From: an uncultured Burkholderiales bacterium
GTDB taxonomy: Bacteria > Bacteroidota > Bacteroidia > UBA8524
NCBI GenBank assembly: GCA_964620355.1
Contig: CAZUIT010000004.1
Coordinates: 45,652-109,651, forward strand
Direction: 5' to 3'
DNA: 64,000 nucleotides
This document shows, one piece after another, positions 1 to 9,150 of this stretch. The notes beneath the pieces are model-generated. The model saw only the letters and a program-made list of their open reading frames with translations. It searched no databases and had not been told where the DNA came from. The number at the start of each line of letters is the position of its first letter. The first letter of the stretch is position 1. The position numbers and the translations under genes are program-made.

Positions 1-340
1 ATTGGTTCAATTGCAAATCGAGCTGCACGCGCTGTTCCTTTTTTCTCAATGCATCAATCCGAATTCCAGTCCAAACACCAATGGAACGATAATAGGTACC
101 AATGCCGATACCCATTTTCGACCGTGGATTATAATTTGGCGAAGGAAGACTATCTGAACTGGTTCTGAGAATTAAGCTCAGTGGTTTATATACGCCGTGA
201 AGTCGAAAATTCCATGGATATTTAGGAATAGAAATATAGTTGCTATCGCGATTACCAATAATTTTTTTTTCACCCTCTAGTCCATAACTGGCGCTCGACA
301 CCAACAGGAGCAAGCAAAGGATGGAAAAGCTTTTTATCAT
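1..340 (-). CDS. Secreted or outer-membrane protein, 5' part only (continues past the window edge). It begins MIKSFSILCLLLLVSSASYG.
   Basis: Reverse-strand ORF starting ATG at 338-340. That ATG overlaps the sucA TGA stop by 4 nt (ATGA). The N-terminus is a hydrophobic signal peptide and the frame stays open to position 1. The ORF track omits it because it is truncated. Confidence 0.45.
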   Translation of the reverse strand, partial: MIKSFSILCLLLLVSSASYGLEGEKKIIGNRDSNYISIPKYPWNFRLHGVYKPLSLILRTSSDSLPSPNYNPRSKMGIGIGTYYRSIGVWTGIRIDALRKKEQRVQLDLQLNQ

Positions 341-3051
341 GAAAGGGTGAAAGCTCTATCTACAATGTCTTGTTGTTCTTTTGCGTGAACCTTGGCAAAG
401 CCTGTTGCAGGCGAAGCACTCGAGTTTCGCGAGAATAGTTTCAAACTGAAGTTTTCATCCCAACGCAATAAGAAGGTCCAGGCTCCCATATTTTTAGGCT
501 CTTCTTGTACCCATCCAAAATCGGCATTGCTATATTTCTTGCGAATTGCTTGCATTTGCTTTTCTGGATAGGGGAATAACTGCTCCAGACGAACAATCGC
601 AACATCCTTTCTCTCTTCGTCTTGTTGTTTTTTCAAGAGGTCGAAGTAGATTTTTCCACTACAGAATAAAACACGTTTAACGTTTTTAGCGCTTACATAA
701 GTATCGTCGATCAATTCTTGGAACCCACCCGTAGTAAAGTCCTTTTTTGTGCTGACACAGAGTGGGTGACGAAGCAAGCTTTTTGGGGTCATGACTACCA
801 AAGGAATTCTGAAATTCCGGGTCATCTGACGACGCAACAGGTGGAAAAAGTTTGCGGGGCTGGTAATATTGGTCACCTGCATATTCACATGCGCACAAAG
901 TTGCAAAAAGCGTTCGAGGCGAGCAGAAGAATGTTCAGGTCCCTGTCCTTCATATCCATGAGGCAAGAATAGGCTTAGTCCGCTAAAGGTCTTCCATTTG
1001 GCTTCAGCGGCCGCGATAAATTGGTCGATAATAATTTGGGCTCCATTGCCAAAATCGCCAAACTGAGCTTCCCAGATGGTAAGCGTTTTTGGAGTGGCCA
1101 TGGAATATCCATACTCAAAGCCCATTACCCCATATTCAGAAAGTAAGGAATTATAGATTTCAAATTTTCCTTGACCTTCGCGGATATTGGCTACGGGAGC
1201 ATACTCTTGTTCGGAGTCTTCGCTTTTAATGATGGCGTGCCGATGCGAGAAGGTTCCTCTTTCTACATCCTGACCGCTCATTCGTACGGCAAACTCTTGG
1301 TCTACCAAAGAAGCATAGGCCATCAATTCGCCCATCGCCCAATCGAGTTTATCCGTTGCCACCATATTGGCGCGGTCTTTAAAGAGCTTATCGATTTTTC
1401 TGAGTGGTTTGAAATCGTTTGGCATTTCCGTGATCTTGGCTGCCAATCGCTCAAAGTCCTTCGCGCTAATTGCTGTTTTCGGACTGCTCTCTACCGCCTT
1501 TTCTGTCACCGCCGAATAGTCTGACCAAATATCGCCAACAAAATTGCTCGCACGTTTTGGTCCATCGAGTTTCGACATTTCCAATTTGCCTTGCAATTCT
1601 GAGCGGAATTTTTTCTCCATTTCACGGGCTAAATCGGCTTCAATTTTTCCTTGAGAAAGCAAGTACTCATTGTAGATTTCACGTGGGTTTTTATGTTTTT
1701 CAATCGCTTTGTACAAGAGCGGCTGAGTAAAGCGTGGTTCGTCGCCTTCGTTATGCCCGTATTTTCGGTAACCCAATAGGTCGATGAAGATATCGCAGTC
1801 AAATTCTTGACGGTATTCCATTGCCAATTTCACAGTGTAGATGACCGCTTCCGCATCATCTGCATTCACATGGAATACAGGGCTTAAAGTGGTTTTTGCT
1901 ACGTCTGTGCAATAGGTTGAGCTTCGCCCGTCGGTATAGTTCGTGGTAAATCCTATTTGGTTATTTGTTGTGATATGGATGGTTCCTCCCACCTTATAGG
2001 CATCGAGGGTAGCCATTTGAACCACTTCATACACCAAGCCTTGACCAGCCATTGCTGCATCACCATGAATCATGATCGGAACCACTTTTTTCGCGTTTCC
2101 CTTGTATTTTTGGTCGATGAGTGCTCTCGCCATTCCTTGAACAACCGGATCAACGGCTTCGAGATGCGATGGATTTGGAAGTAGGGAAATAGCAACAGCT
2201 CTTCCAACTTCAGATTTATATTGCGACGAATAGCCAAGATGGTATTTTACGTCGCCTTCGAATAAAGCTTCTTCAAAAGCCTTGCCTTCAAATTCTCTAA
2301 AAATGTCTTCATATGATTTGCCTAAAATATTGGCCAATACGTTCAAGCGACCACGATGTGCCATGCCCAAAACGAATTCATCAACATCATGTTCAGAGCC
2401 AAATTGAATCACGGCATCCAAGGCAGGAATTAAGGTTTCTAAGCCTTCGAGTGAAAAACGTTTTTGTCCTACAAACTTAGTATGCAGGAAGCTTTCAAAC
2501 ACGACAGCCTTATTTAGTTTGTCTAAAAAATGACGTTTTTCATTGATGGTGAGCTGTGGAGTATTGCGCCCTTGTTCCATCTTGTCTTGCAACCATTTTA
2601 AACGTTCTGGATGGCGCATGTACATGTATTCCACTCCAATAGAACGACAATAAGTATCCTCTAGTAGTTGGATGATGTCCTTGAGCTTTGCAATACCAAG
2701 TCCTACTTCATGTCCTGCATTGAAGGTTTTCTCCATGTCAGATTTCTCCAAGCCGAAGTTTTCAATGTCCATGGTTGGACTGTATTTGCGGCGTTCACGA
2801 ACAGGATTGGTATGCGTGAATAAATGGCCACGTGTACGGTAACCATGAATGAGGTTCAGTACATTAATTTCTTTTAATGCATCTTCCGATACGGCTTGAC
2901 CAGCGCCGCCATTTTTTTGGCTGCCGAGTTCAAATCCTTCGAAGAACTTTTTCCATCCAAAATCAACGGATTCAGGATCGCTAGCATATTGTTGGTAAAG
3001 ATCGTCGATGGCCGCGACGTCGGCATTGCTCAAATAAGAATGTGCATCCAT
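337..3051 (-). CDS. sucA: 2-oxoglutarate dehydrogenase E1 component
   Basis: About 900 aa with a TPP-binding 2-oxoacid dehydrogenase E1 signature. Homology starts at MDAHSYLSNADVAAIDDLYQQY. The track's 3072 start is a TTG extension; ATG at 3049-3051 is more likely. Confidence 0.9.
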   Translation of the reverse strand: MDAHSYLSNADVAAIDDLYQQYASDPESVDFGWKKFFEGFELGSQKNGGAGQAVSEDALKEINVLNLIHGYRTRGHLFTHTNPVRERRKYSPTMDIENFGLEKSDMEKTFNAGHEVGLGIAKLKDIIQLLEDTYCRSIGVEYMYMRHPERLKWLQDKMEQGRNTPQLTINEKRHFLDKLNKAVVFESFLHTKFVGQKRFSLEGLETLIPALDAVIQFGSEHDVDEFVLGMAHRGRLNVLANILGKSYEDIFREFEGKAFEEALFEGDVKYHLGYSSQYKSEVGRAVAISLLPNPSHLEAVDPVVQGMARALIDQKYKGNAKKVVPIMIHGDAAMAGQGLVYEVVQMATLDAYKVGGTIHITTNNQIGFTTNYTDGRSSTYCTDVAKTTLSPVFHVNADDAEAVIYTVKLAMEYRQEFDCDIFIDLLGYRKYGHNEGDEPRFTQPLLYKAIEKHKNPREIYNEYLLSQGKIEADLAREMEKKFRSELQGKLEMSKLDGPKRASNFVGDIWSDYSAVTEKAVESSPKTAISAKDFERLAAKITEMPNDFKPLRKIDKLFKDRANMVATDKLDWAMGELMAYASLVDQEFAVRMSGQDVERGTFSHRHAIIKSEDSEQEYAPVANIREGQGKFEIYNSLLSEYGVMGFEYGYSMATPKTLTIWEAQFGDFGNGAQIIIDQFIAAAEAKWKTFSGLSLFLPHGYEGQGPEHSSARLERFLQLCAHVNMQVTNITSPANFFHLLRRQMTRNFRIPLVVMTPKSLLRHPLCVSTKKDFTTGGFQELIDDTYVSAKNVKRVLFCSGKIYFDLLKKQQDEERKDVAIVRLEQLFPYPEKQMQAIRKKYSNADFGWVQEEPKNMGAWTFLLRWDENFSLKLFSRNSSASPATGFAKVHAKEQQDIVDRAFTLS

Positions 3052-3163
3052 AGTACGTATTGTGATTCGCAAAAGGCGTGCAAAGATATGGAAAATGTGC
3101 TGGAGAAAATGGTCAAAAGCAACATGGTTTCAATCGATTAATTTTGAATGATTCTGAATTACA

Positions 3164-3175
3164 TGATTTAAATCA
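3164..3175. promoter_or_regulatory. Candidate FNR/CRP-family box TGATTTAAATCA (perfect 12 bp palindrome, matching TTGAT-N4-ATCAA in 4+4 positions). It lies about 80 bp upstream of ccoNO.
   Basis: Read directly in the sucA-ccoNO intergenic region. A TAATTTTG -7-like box sits at 3139-3146. cbb3 oxidase operons are classically FNR-regulated. Confidence 0.35.
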
Positions 3176-3252
3176 GGTTTCCACTTGAGTACCATCATTT
3201 TTTATAGCTTAGTGACAACGAACCTTTGTACACTAAAATAACGTTGACACAC

Positions 3253-5403
3253 ATGACGCAGATTGAGAAGTTCAGTTACGACAACAAGATTGTCAGGAAT
3301 TTCGGGGTTGCCACGGTAATTTGGGGAGTAATCGGAATGTTGGTGGGGCTTTTGGCTGCCATCCAGCTTTACGAACCTGCTGCCAACCTGGGTAATCCCT
3401 ACACTACTTTTGGTCGAATTCGGCCGCTCCACACCAATGCCGTAATTTTTGCTTTCGTAGGAAACGCCATCTTTATGGGCGTGTATTATTCCTTGCAAAG
3501 GCTATGTAAGGCAAGAATGTTCTCCGACCTCCTGAGTAATGTCCATTTCTGGGGTTGGCAGCTCATTATCTTATCGGCTGTGATTACCCTTCCTTTGGGT
3601 ATGACTAGTTCGCATGAGTATGCTGAACTTGAGTGGCCAATCGATATTGCCATTACCCTCATCTGGGTAGTTTTTGGTTGGAACATGTTTGGAACAATTC
3701 TGAAGCGTCGTGAGAAACATCTCTACGTAGCAATATGGTTCTATATTGCCACATTCGTTACCGTTGCAGTCTTGCATATTGTCAATTCATTCCAGCTGCC
3801 TATTGGCTTCATGAAAAGCTACTACTGGTATTCTGGCGTTCAAGATGCTTTGGTGCAATGGTGGTACGGACATAATGCGGTAGCATTCTTCTTGACTACA
3901 CCGTTCTTGGGATTGATGTATTATTATCTCCCAAAGGCCGCAAATCGTCCGGTATACTCCTATAAGCTATCGATTCTCCATTTCTGGACCCTCATTTTTA
4001 TCTATATCTGGGCAGGTCCACATCATTTGCTATACAGTACTTTGCCAAACTGGGCACAGTCGGTTGGAGTGGTATTTTCCATCATGCTCATTGCTCCATC
4101 TTGGGGAGGGATGATAAATGGGCTGCTCACCCTACGCGGTGCCTGGGATAAGGTGCGCGAAGATGCCATCTTGAAATTCTTTGTGGTAGGGGTTACTTGC
4201 TACGGGATGGCCACATTAGAAGGGCCTCTTCTTTCTTTGAAAAATGTAAATGCCATCGCTCACTTTACCGACTGGATCGTAGCCCACGTACATGTTGGAG
4301 CGCTCGGTTGGAATGGTTTGATGACTTTTGGTATCCTGTACTGGATCATGCCAAGAATCTATAACACAAAATTGTACAGTCAAAAATTGGCCAATGCACA
4401 TTTCTGGCTGGCTACTTTAGGAATAGCCTTTTATGCGATTCCAATGTACTGGTCAGGTTGGCAGCAAGGGCAAATGTGGAAGGACTTCGGCCCAGACGGC
4501 ATGTTAGTCTATCCAGAATTTATCAAAACAACCATCTCCATCCGACCCATGCATATTATGCGTTCACTCGGTGGTACGATTTACTTGGGAGGGGTGTTTG
4601 TGATGGTCTATAACCTGATTAAAACAGTAAAAAGTGGGTCCTTGGTGGCCAATGAAAATGCCGAAGCGCCGGCCTTGATGAAACATGTTCCGAAAGGAAA
4701 AGAGAATTGGCATCGGGTGATTGAGAGAAAACCTTTGATGATGCTGGTGCTTTCATTAATTGTGATCATGATTGGAGGAATTGTGGAAATGGTTCCAACC
4801 TTCTTGATTGAGTCGAACGTCCCCACAATTGCTGCGGTCAAACCGTATACTCCACTTGAATTGGAAGGTCGGGATCTGTATATCAAAGAGGGTTGTGTGG
4901 GCTGTCATAGTCAAACCGTTCGTCCATTCCGCTCAGAAACCATGCGCTATGGCGAATATTCGAAAGCAGGGGAGTTTGTGTATGATCATCCATTCCTGTG
5001 GGGGTCCAAACGTACCGGTCCGGATTTATCGCGTGAGGGAACCTTGAAACTGTACAAACAGGATTCATGGCATTATTATCACTTCATAAAACCGAGTGAA
5101 ATGACTTCTGGCTCCATCATGCCTTCCTATGCTTGGCTTACCACGAACGAGTTGGATGTGAGTAAAACAGGAACGAAGATAAAGGCCATGCGTACCTTAG
5201 GAGTTCCATATCCTGAGGGGTATGAAAATCAAGCTTTGGCAGATTTAGAAGCGCAGGCACAGGGAATTGCGGATAACCTAAATAATGAAGGGGTGCGCAC
5301 GAAAGAGGGCGAAAAAGTCCCTTCAAATACCGAGGTGATTGCACTCATTGCCTACCTCCAACGCTTAGGAACCGATATTACTAAAACTGAAACCGCTAAA
5401 TAA
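3253..5403 (+). CDS. ccoNO: cbb3-type cytochrome c oxidase, fused subunit I/II (CcoN-CcoO)
   Basis: Polytopic heme-copper oxidase N-terminal part. The C-terminal part has a CVGCHS heme-c motif typical of CcoO. This fusion is typical of Bacteroidota. ATG at 3253 (MTQIEKF) is preferred over the TTG at 3226. Confidence 0.9.
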   Translation: MTQIEKFSYDNKIVRNFGVATVIWGVIGMLVGLLAAIQLYEPAANLGNPYTTFGRIRPLHTNAVIFAFVGNAIFMGVYYSLQRLCKARMFSDLLSNVHFWGWQLIILSAVITLPLGMTSSHEYAELEWPIDIAITLIWVVFGWNMFGTILKRREKHLYVAIWFYIATFVTVAVLHIVNSFQLPIGFMKSYYWYSGVQDALVQWWYGHNAVAFFLTTPFLGLMYYYLPKAANRPVYSYKLSILHFWTLIFIYIWAGPHHLLYSTLPNWAQSVGVVFSIMLIAPSWGGMINGLLTLRGAWDKVREDAILKFFVVGVTCYGMATLEGPLLSLKNVNAIAHFTDWIVAHVHVGALGWNGLMTFGILYWIMPRIYNTKLYSQKLANAHFWLATLGIAFYAIPMYWSGWQQGQMWKDFGPDGMLVYPEFIKTTISIRPMHIMRSLGGTIYLGGVFVMVYNLIKTVKSGSLVANENAEAPALMKHVPKGKENWHRVIERKPLMMLVLSLIVIMIGGIVEMVPTFLIESNVPTIAAVKPYTPLELEGRDLYIKEGCVGCHSQTVRPFRSETMRYGEYSKAGEFVYDHPFLWGSKRTGPDLSREGTLKLYKQDSWHYYHFIKPSEMTSGSIMPSYAWLTTNELDVSKTGTKIKAMRTLGVPYPEGYENQALADLEAQAQGIADNLNNEGVRTKEGEKVPSNTEVIALIAYLQRLGTDITKTETAK

Positions 5404-5411
5404 CTAAAACG

Positions 5412-5597
5412 ATGTTCAAACAATTTGTAAGCGGAATAGAAGGAATGGATCAGTACCTGATTTTTTCCATGATTGTCTTCATCCTGTTTTTCTTAGGGAT
5501 CTTGATTTATGTCTTGCGCATGAAGAAAGAAGACATTCTCGAACTGTCTAATATTCCATTAACCGATAAAGAAGATAAGTCCAATGAAGAAGCATAG
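5412..5597 (+). CDS. ccoQ: CcoQ/FixQ-like small membrane subunit of cbb3 oxidase
   Basis: 61 aa with a single TM helix, sitting between ccoNO and ccoP as in characterised operons. Confidence 0.55.
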   Translation: MFKQFVSGIEGMDQYLIFSMIVFILFFLGILIYVLRMKKEDILELSNIPLTDKEDKSNEEA

Positions 5598-6492
5598 TTC
5601 AATCTCAAAATTAGCACTCGTCGTGCTTTTGTTTGTTGGTGCCTCTCAGGCTGCTCAAGCCCAAACGATTGCTGAATCCATGCCTTTTAGTATGGAAGAA
5701 TTTCTCTGGGGCATTACCTTGTTAATGGGGGCTATGCTCTTGTTTCTCATTTTTGTGATGATGCGTTTAATTCAAATGTTGAATGACGAAAAAGCGGGAA
5801 TTCCAAAAAAGGAACGACTGACAATTTGGGAAAAACTTCTTTCTCTGCGTCCCATGTCGGATGAGGAAGAGCTGGTGATGGATCATACCTATGATGGGAT
5901 TTATGAGCTCGATAACCCTACACCTCCTTGGTTTAATTTCTTGTTCTATGGAACCATCATCATCGGAATAATTTACATGGTGAACTATCATGTGATTGGC
6001 GACGGACGGGTACAAGAGAATGAATACGCCGCTGAAATGGCCGAATGGGAAGTTAAATCAGCAACATATCAAGCAAATCAAACAGATTTAATTGATGAGA
6101 CAAATGTAAAGCTTGTAACGGATCCAGCTTTGCTTGCTGAGGCAGCCAATATTTTTCAAGCTAAGTGTGTGGCTTGTCATGGTGATCAAGCGGAAGGTAA
6201 AAATGGCCCGAATCTCACGGATGAATATTGGATTCATGGTGGAGAACTTGGTCAAGTGTTTAAAACCATCACTCAAGGAGTGCCTGAAAAAGGAATGATC
6301 CCATGGAAGGGTTTATTAAAGCCGAATGAAATTCAGGTGATGGCGAGCTATATTCTTTCGCTGCAAGGAACCCTCCCTGCAGGGGTAGGTAAAGCTCCAG
6401 AAGGAGAAAAAATGAGTGGGGAAGCTCCTGTAGAAGAAGCTCCTACTATGGGTTCTACCATGAATGAAAGTGCAAGTTTGTTAGCTAAATAA
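5584..6492 (+). CDS. ccoP: cbb3 oxidase subunit III, membrane-anchored c-type cytochrome
   Basis: Signal/TM segment, a CVACHG heme-binding motif, and operon position. Confidence 0.8.
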   Translation: MKKHSSISKLALVVLLFVGASQAAQAQTIAESMPFSMEEFLWGITLLMGAMLLFLIFVMMRLIQMLNDEKAGIPKKERLTIWEKLLSLRPMSDEEELVMDHTYDGIYELDNPTPPWFNFLFYGTIIIGIIYMVNYHVIGDGRVQENEYAAEMAEWEVKSATYQANQTDLIDETNVKLVTDPALLAEAANIFQAKCVACHGDQAEGKNGPNLTDEYWIHGGELGQVFKTITQGVPEKGMIPWKGLLKPNEIQVMASYILSLQGTLPAGVGKAPEGEKMSGEAPVEEAPTMGSTMNESASLLAK

Positions 6493-6493
6493 T

Positions 6494-7903
6494 ATGGAAG
6501 CCGCAAAAGCTTTAGACGATCAACATTACCGCGACAGCCTCTCAAACGTGAATAAAAAGGGCAAACGTCTTTGGATATTCCCGAAGAAGCCAAGCGGTGG
6601 ATACTATAATGCGCGGTCAATCGTAGCCTGGGTATTGATGGCATTGATGTTTGTCGGTCCGTTCATGAAATGGAATGGTCACCCCTTAATGCTATTTAAT
6701 GTGTTAGAAAGGAAATTCATCATTTTCGGATTTCCCTTCTGGCCTCAGGATTTTGCCATATTTGCTATAGCCATGCTCACGGGAATTGTGTTCGTGGTTC
6801 TATTTACGGTCGTTTGGGGAAGGGTATTCTGCGGATGGGTTTGTCCGCAAACCATCTTCATGGAAATGCTCTTTCGCAAAATTGAGTATTGGATTGATGG
6901 GGATTGGAAACAGCAACAAAAGCTGGAAGCCATGCCTTGGAACAGCGAAAAGATTTGGAAAAGGTCTTTAAAGCATAGCCTTTTCTTTCTTCTTTCCTTT
7001 CTCATAGCCAATACCTTCCTCGCCTATATTATTGGGGTAGATGATTTGGGCTTGATGATCAAAGAAGGTCCTCTGGCACATATCGGAACTTTGGTTTCGC
7101 TCTTGATATTTACGGGTGTCTTCTATTTCGTTTTTGCCTTTTTTCGGGAACTGGTTTGCATCATTGTATGCCCTTACGGTCGTTTACAAGGAGTGATGCT
7201 CGATAAAAAATCGCTGGTTGTTACCTATGATCATGTGCGCGGTGAGCCAAGAGGAAAAATGAGCAAGAAGGAAGATACTTCGCATTTGGGCGATTGTATC
7301 GACTGCAACCTCTGTGTAAATGTCTGTCCTACGGGTATCGATATCCGAAATGGAATCCAACTCGAATGCATCAACTGCACCGCCTGTATCGATGCATGCG
7401 ATGATGTGATGGAGAAAATTAACCGTCCGAAAAGCCTTATTCGCTATGATACAGTGGAGGGAGTAGAGAAAGGTGAAAAGTGGAAACTCTCAGGAAGGGC
7501 GATGGCCTACAGTTCAGTATTAATTCTATTGGTGAGTGTATTGACCTTCTTTATCGCCTCCCGAGAAGATATTGAGGCCGTTTTGATCCGAACCACAGGC
7601 TCTACCTACCAATACCAAGGAAGTGATAAGATAAGTAACTTGTATAATGTAGAGTTTATCAATAAGACCTTCTCTGAAAAGCAAGTAACCCTGAAAATGG
7701 AGGATGACCGTGCTGAACTGGTTATTATTGGCGATAAAAACTTCATGGCTCCTCCGGGCGAGCAGAGCAAGGGGACCATCATGGTGGTTTTTCCAACGGC
7801 TCAAGTAAAAAGTAACCGATTTACGGTGCCCATTGGGGTGTATGTAGATGGGGAAAAAATTAAAACCTTCGAGGCGGGATTTGTCGCCCCGGTAACGAAC
7901 TAA
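6494..7903 (+). CDS. ccoG: CcoG/FixG 4Fe-4S ferredoxin-type cbb3 oxidase accessory protein
   Basis: Two cysteine clusters, CIDCNLCVNVCP and CINCTACIDAC. N-terminal TM helices. Operon context. Confidence 0.85.
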   Translation: MEAAKALDDQHYRDSLSNVNKKGKRLWIFPKKPSGGYYNARSIVAWVLMALMFVGPFMKWNGHPLMLFNVLERKFIIFGFPFWPQDFAIFAIAMLTGIVFVVLFTVVWGRVFCGWVCPQTIFMEMLFRKIEYWIDGDWKQQQKLEAMPWNSEKIWKRSLKHSLFFLLSFLIANTFLAYIIGVDDLGLMIKEGPLAHIGTLVSLLIFTGVFYFVFAFFRELVCIIVCPYGRLQGVMLDKKSLVVTYDHVRGEPRGKMSKKEDTSHLGDCIDCNLCVNVCPTGIDIRNGIQLECINCTACIDACDDVMEKINRPKSLIRYDTVEGVEKGEKWKLSGRAMAYSSVLILLVSVLTFFIASREDIEAVLIRTTGSTYQYQGSDKISNLYNVEFINKTFSEKQVTLKMEDDRAELVIIGDKNFMAPPGEQSKGTIMVVFPTAQVKSNRFTVPIGVYVDGEKIKTFEAGFVAPVTN

Positions 7904-7905
7904 TC

Positions 7906-8331
7906 ATGAAATTACATTTCGGTCACGGCGTTTTCCTCTTTGCAGGCTTGTTTGTGGTTTTTATCGTTTATCTCGTATCTCAGATGCTCGGACAAAAGAT
8001 AGACCTTGTTGAGCGTGATTATTATGAAAAAGGCTTAGAATATCAGGAGGTTATCAATCAGCAAACGAATGAAAAAATCAGCTTCGATGTGAGTCAGAAG
8101 GGAGCAGACTTCTTGATTCATGCAAAATCGGAGCTGACAACTTCCTCCTGTTTTATTGAGTTTTACCGTCCATCGAATTCGGAGTTAGATACGAGCCTCA
8201 TGGTACCATTAACAGCGGGAAATGCCAGCGCTACGAACCTCAATATGCAACACGGAATGTACCATTATACCCTTCGGTATAAGGAAGGAGAAACCTGGTA
8301 CCACCAAGAAGGCGAATTGCTATGGCGCTAA
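7906..8331 (+). CDS. ccoH: FixH/CcoH-like protein
   Basis: 141 aa with an N-terminal TM helix, directly after ccoG with a 2 nt gap. Confidence 0.55.
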   Translation: MKLHFGHGVFLFAGLFVVFIVYLVSQMLGQKIDLVERDYYEKGLEYQEVINQQTNEKISFDVSQKGADFLIHAKSELTTSSCFIEFYRPSNSELDTSLMVPLTAGNASATNLNMQHGMYHYTLRYKEGETWYHQEGELLWR

Positions 8332-8978
8332 TCTGGGCAGCCTTTCTAACTGGGTTATTTGGAAGTCTTCATTGCTTGGGCATGTGCGGGCCTTTGGTGA
8401 TGGCGCTACCCCAAAGTAGTGGCGCACGAGCAATTCTTTATCATTTCTCTCGCATCATTGCTTATGCCATTATGGGCCTCTTAATCGGACTCTTTGGTAA
8501 AGGACTCAATCTTGCAGGGTTTCAGCAAAGTATCAGCATTTTTAGTGGAGTCCTCGTATTGCTCTTTGCTTTCGGTTTACTCCGTAAGAAGAGTGCATGG
8601 CCTCCCTTTTTTATGAGACTTTACCAACGTTGGATGCAAAGTACCGATCTGGGATCTGTGGCCTTACTCGGTTTGCTAAACGGCTTCCTTCCATGCGGTA
8701 TGGTCTATGTGGCCATGGCTGGGGCCTTGGTGGAACAAGATGCTTTGATGGGTGCCGTATATATGTTGGTATTCGGCTTAGGCACGCTGCCAATGATGCT
8801 TGGAATTAGCTGGAGTAAAAAGCTCTGGAGTGTTTCCCTGCGCCAAAAACTCAATAAAGCTATTCCCATATTCACTATCCTAATCGGTATTCTCTTTATC
8901 CTACGAGGTCTCAATCTCGGTATTCCTTATATCAGTCCAAAAGTGGCAAATCAAGCAGTGGAAGACTGTTGTCGCTAA
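8322..8978 (+). CDS. DsbD_2 / TauE-like membrane protein. It has an HCLGMCGP motif and is often the last gene of Bacteroidota cco operons.
   Basis: The CxxxC motif sits in the first TM helix and the protein has six hydrophobic segments. It overlaps ccoH by 10 nt. Confidence 0.55.
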   Translation: MALIWAAFLTGLFGSLHCLGMCGPLVMALPQSSGARAILYHFSRIIAYAIMGLLIGLFGKGLNLAGFQQSISIFSGVLVLLFAFGLLRKKSAWPPFFMRLYQRWMQSTDLGSVALLGLLNGFLPCGMVYVAMAGALVEQDALMGAVYMLVFGLGTLPMMLGISWSKKLWSVSLRQKLNKAIPIFTILIGILFILRGLNLGIPYISPKVANQAVEDCCR

Positions 8979-9150
8979 ATCCTGCTTCCCAAGAGGAAGA
9001 ACATACACGGCTAATTTGAACTAGCGAATATATAAATAGTGATTCTCGAGTATTTCAAAAATACAAGTAGAATTTTCTCCATTTATAAAGCTTCTTGCGC
9101 GCCAATGGGATACCTAGTTATTGTGTTCCTATTCTAAACTAAATTATAAT

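Noticed and set aside
686-2184. Several 60-120 aa ORFs (686..898, 718..972, 1171..1524, 1470..1730, 1957..2184) inside or antisense to sucA
   Set aside because: They overlap a well-supported conserved gene, have no recognisable motifs, and show the composition typical of antisense frames.
3226-3252. N-terminal extensions in the ORF track (for example 3226, 3072, 41825, 54610, 57735, 18540, 35724)
   Set aside because: These begin at TTG/GTG or upstream ATG codons. They add non-conserved, often non-hydrophilic residues ahead of clear homologous starts or signal peptides. I trimmed them to the conserved ATG.
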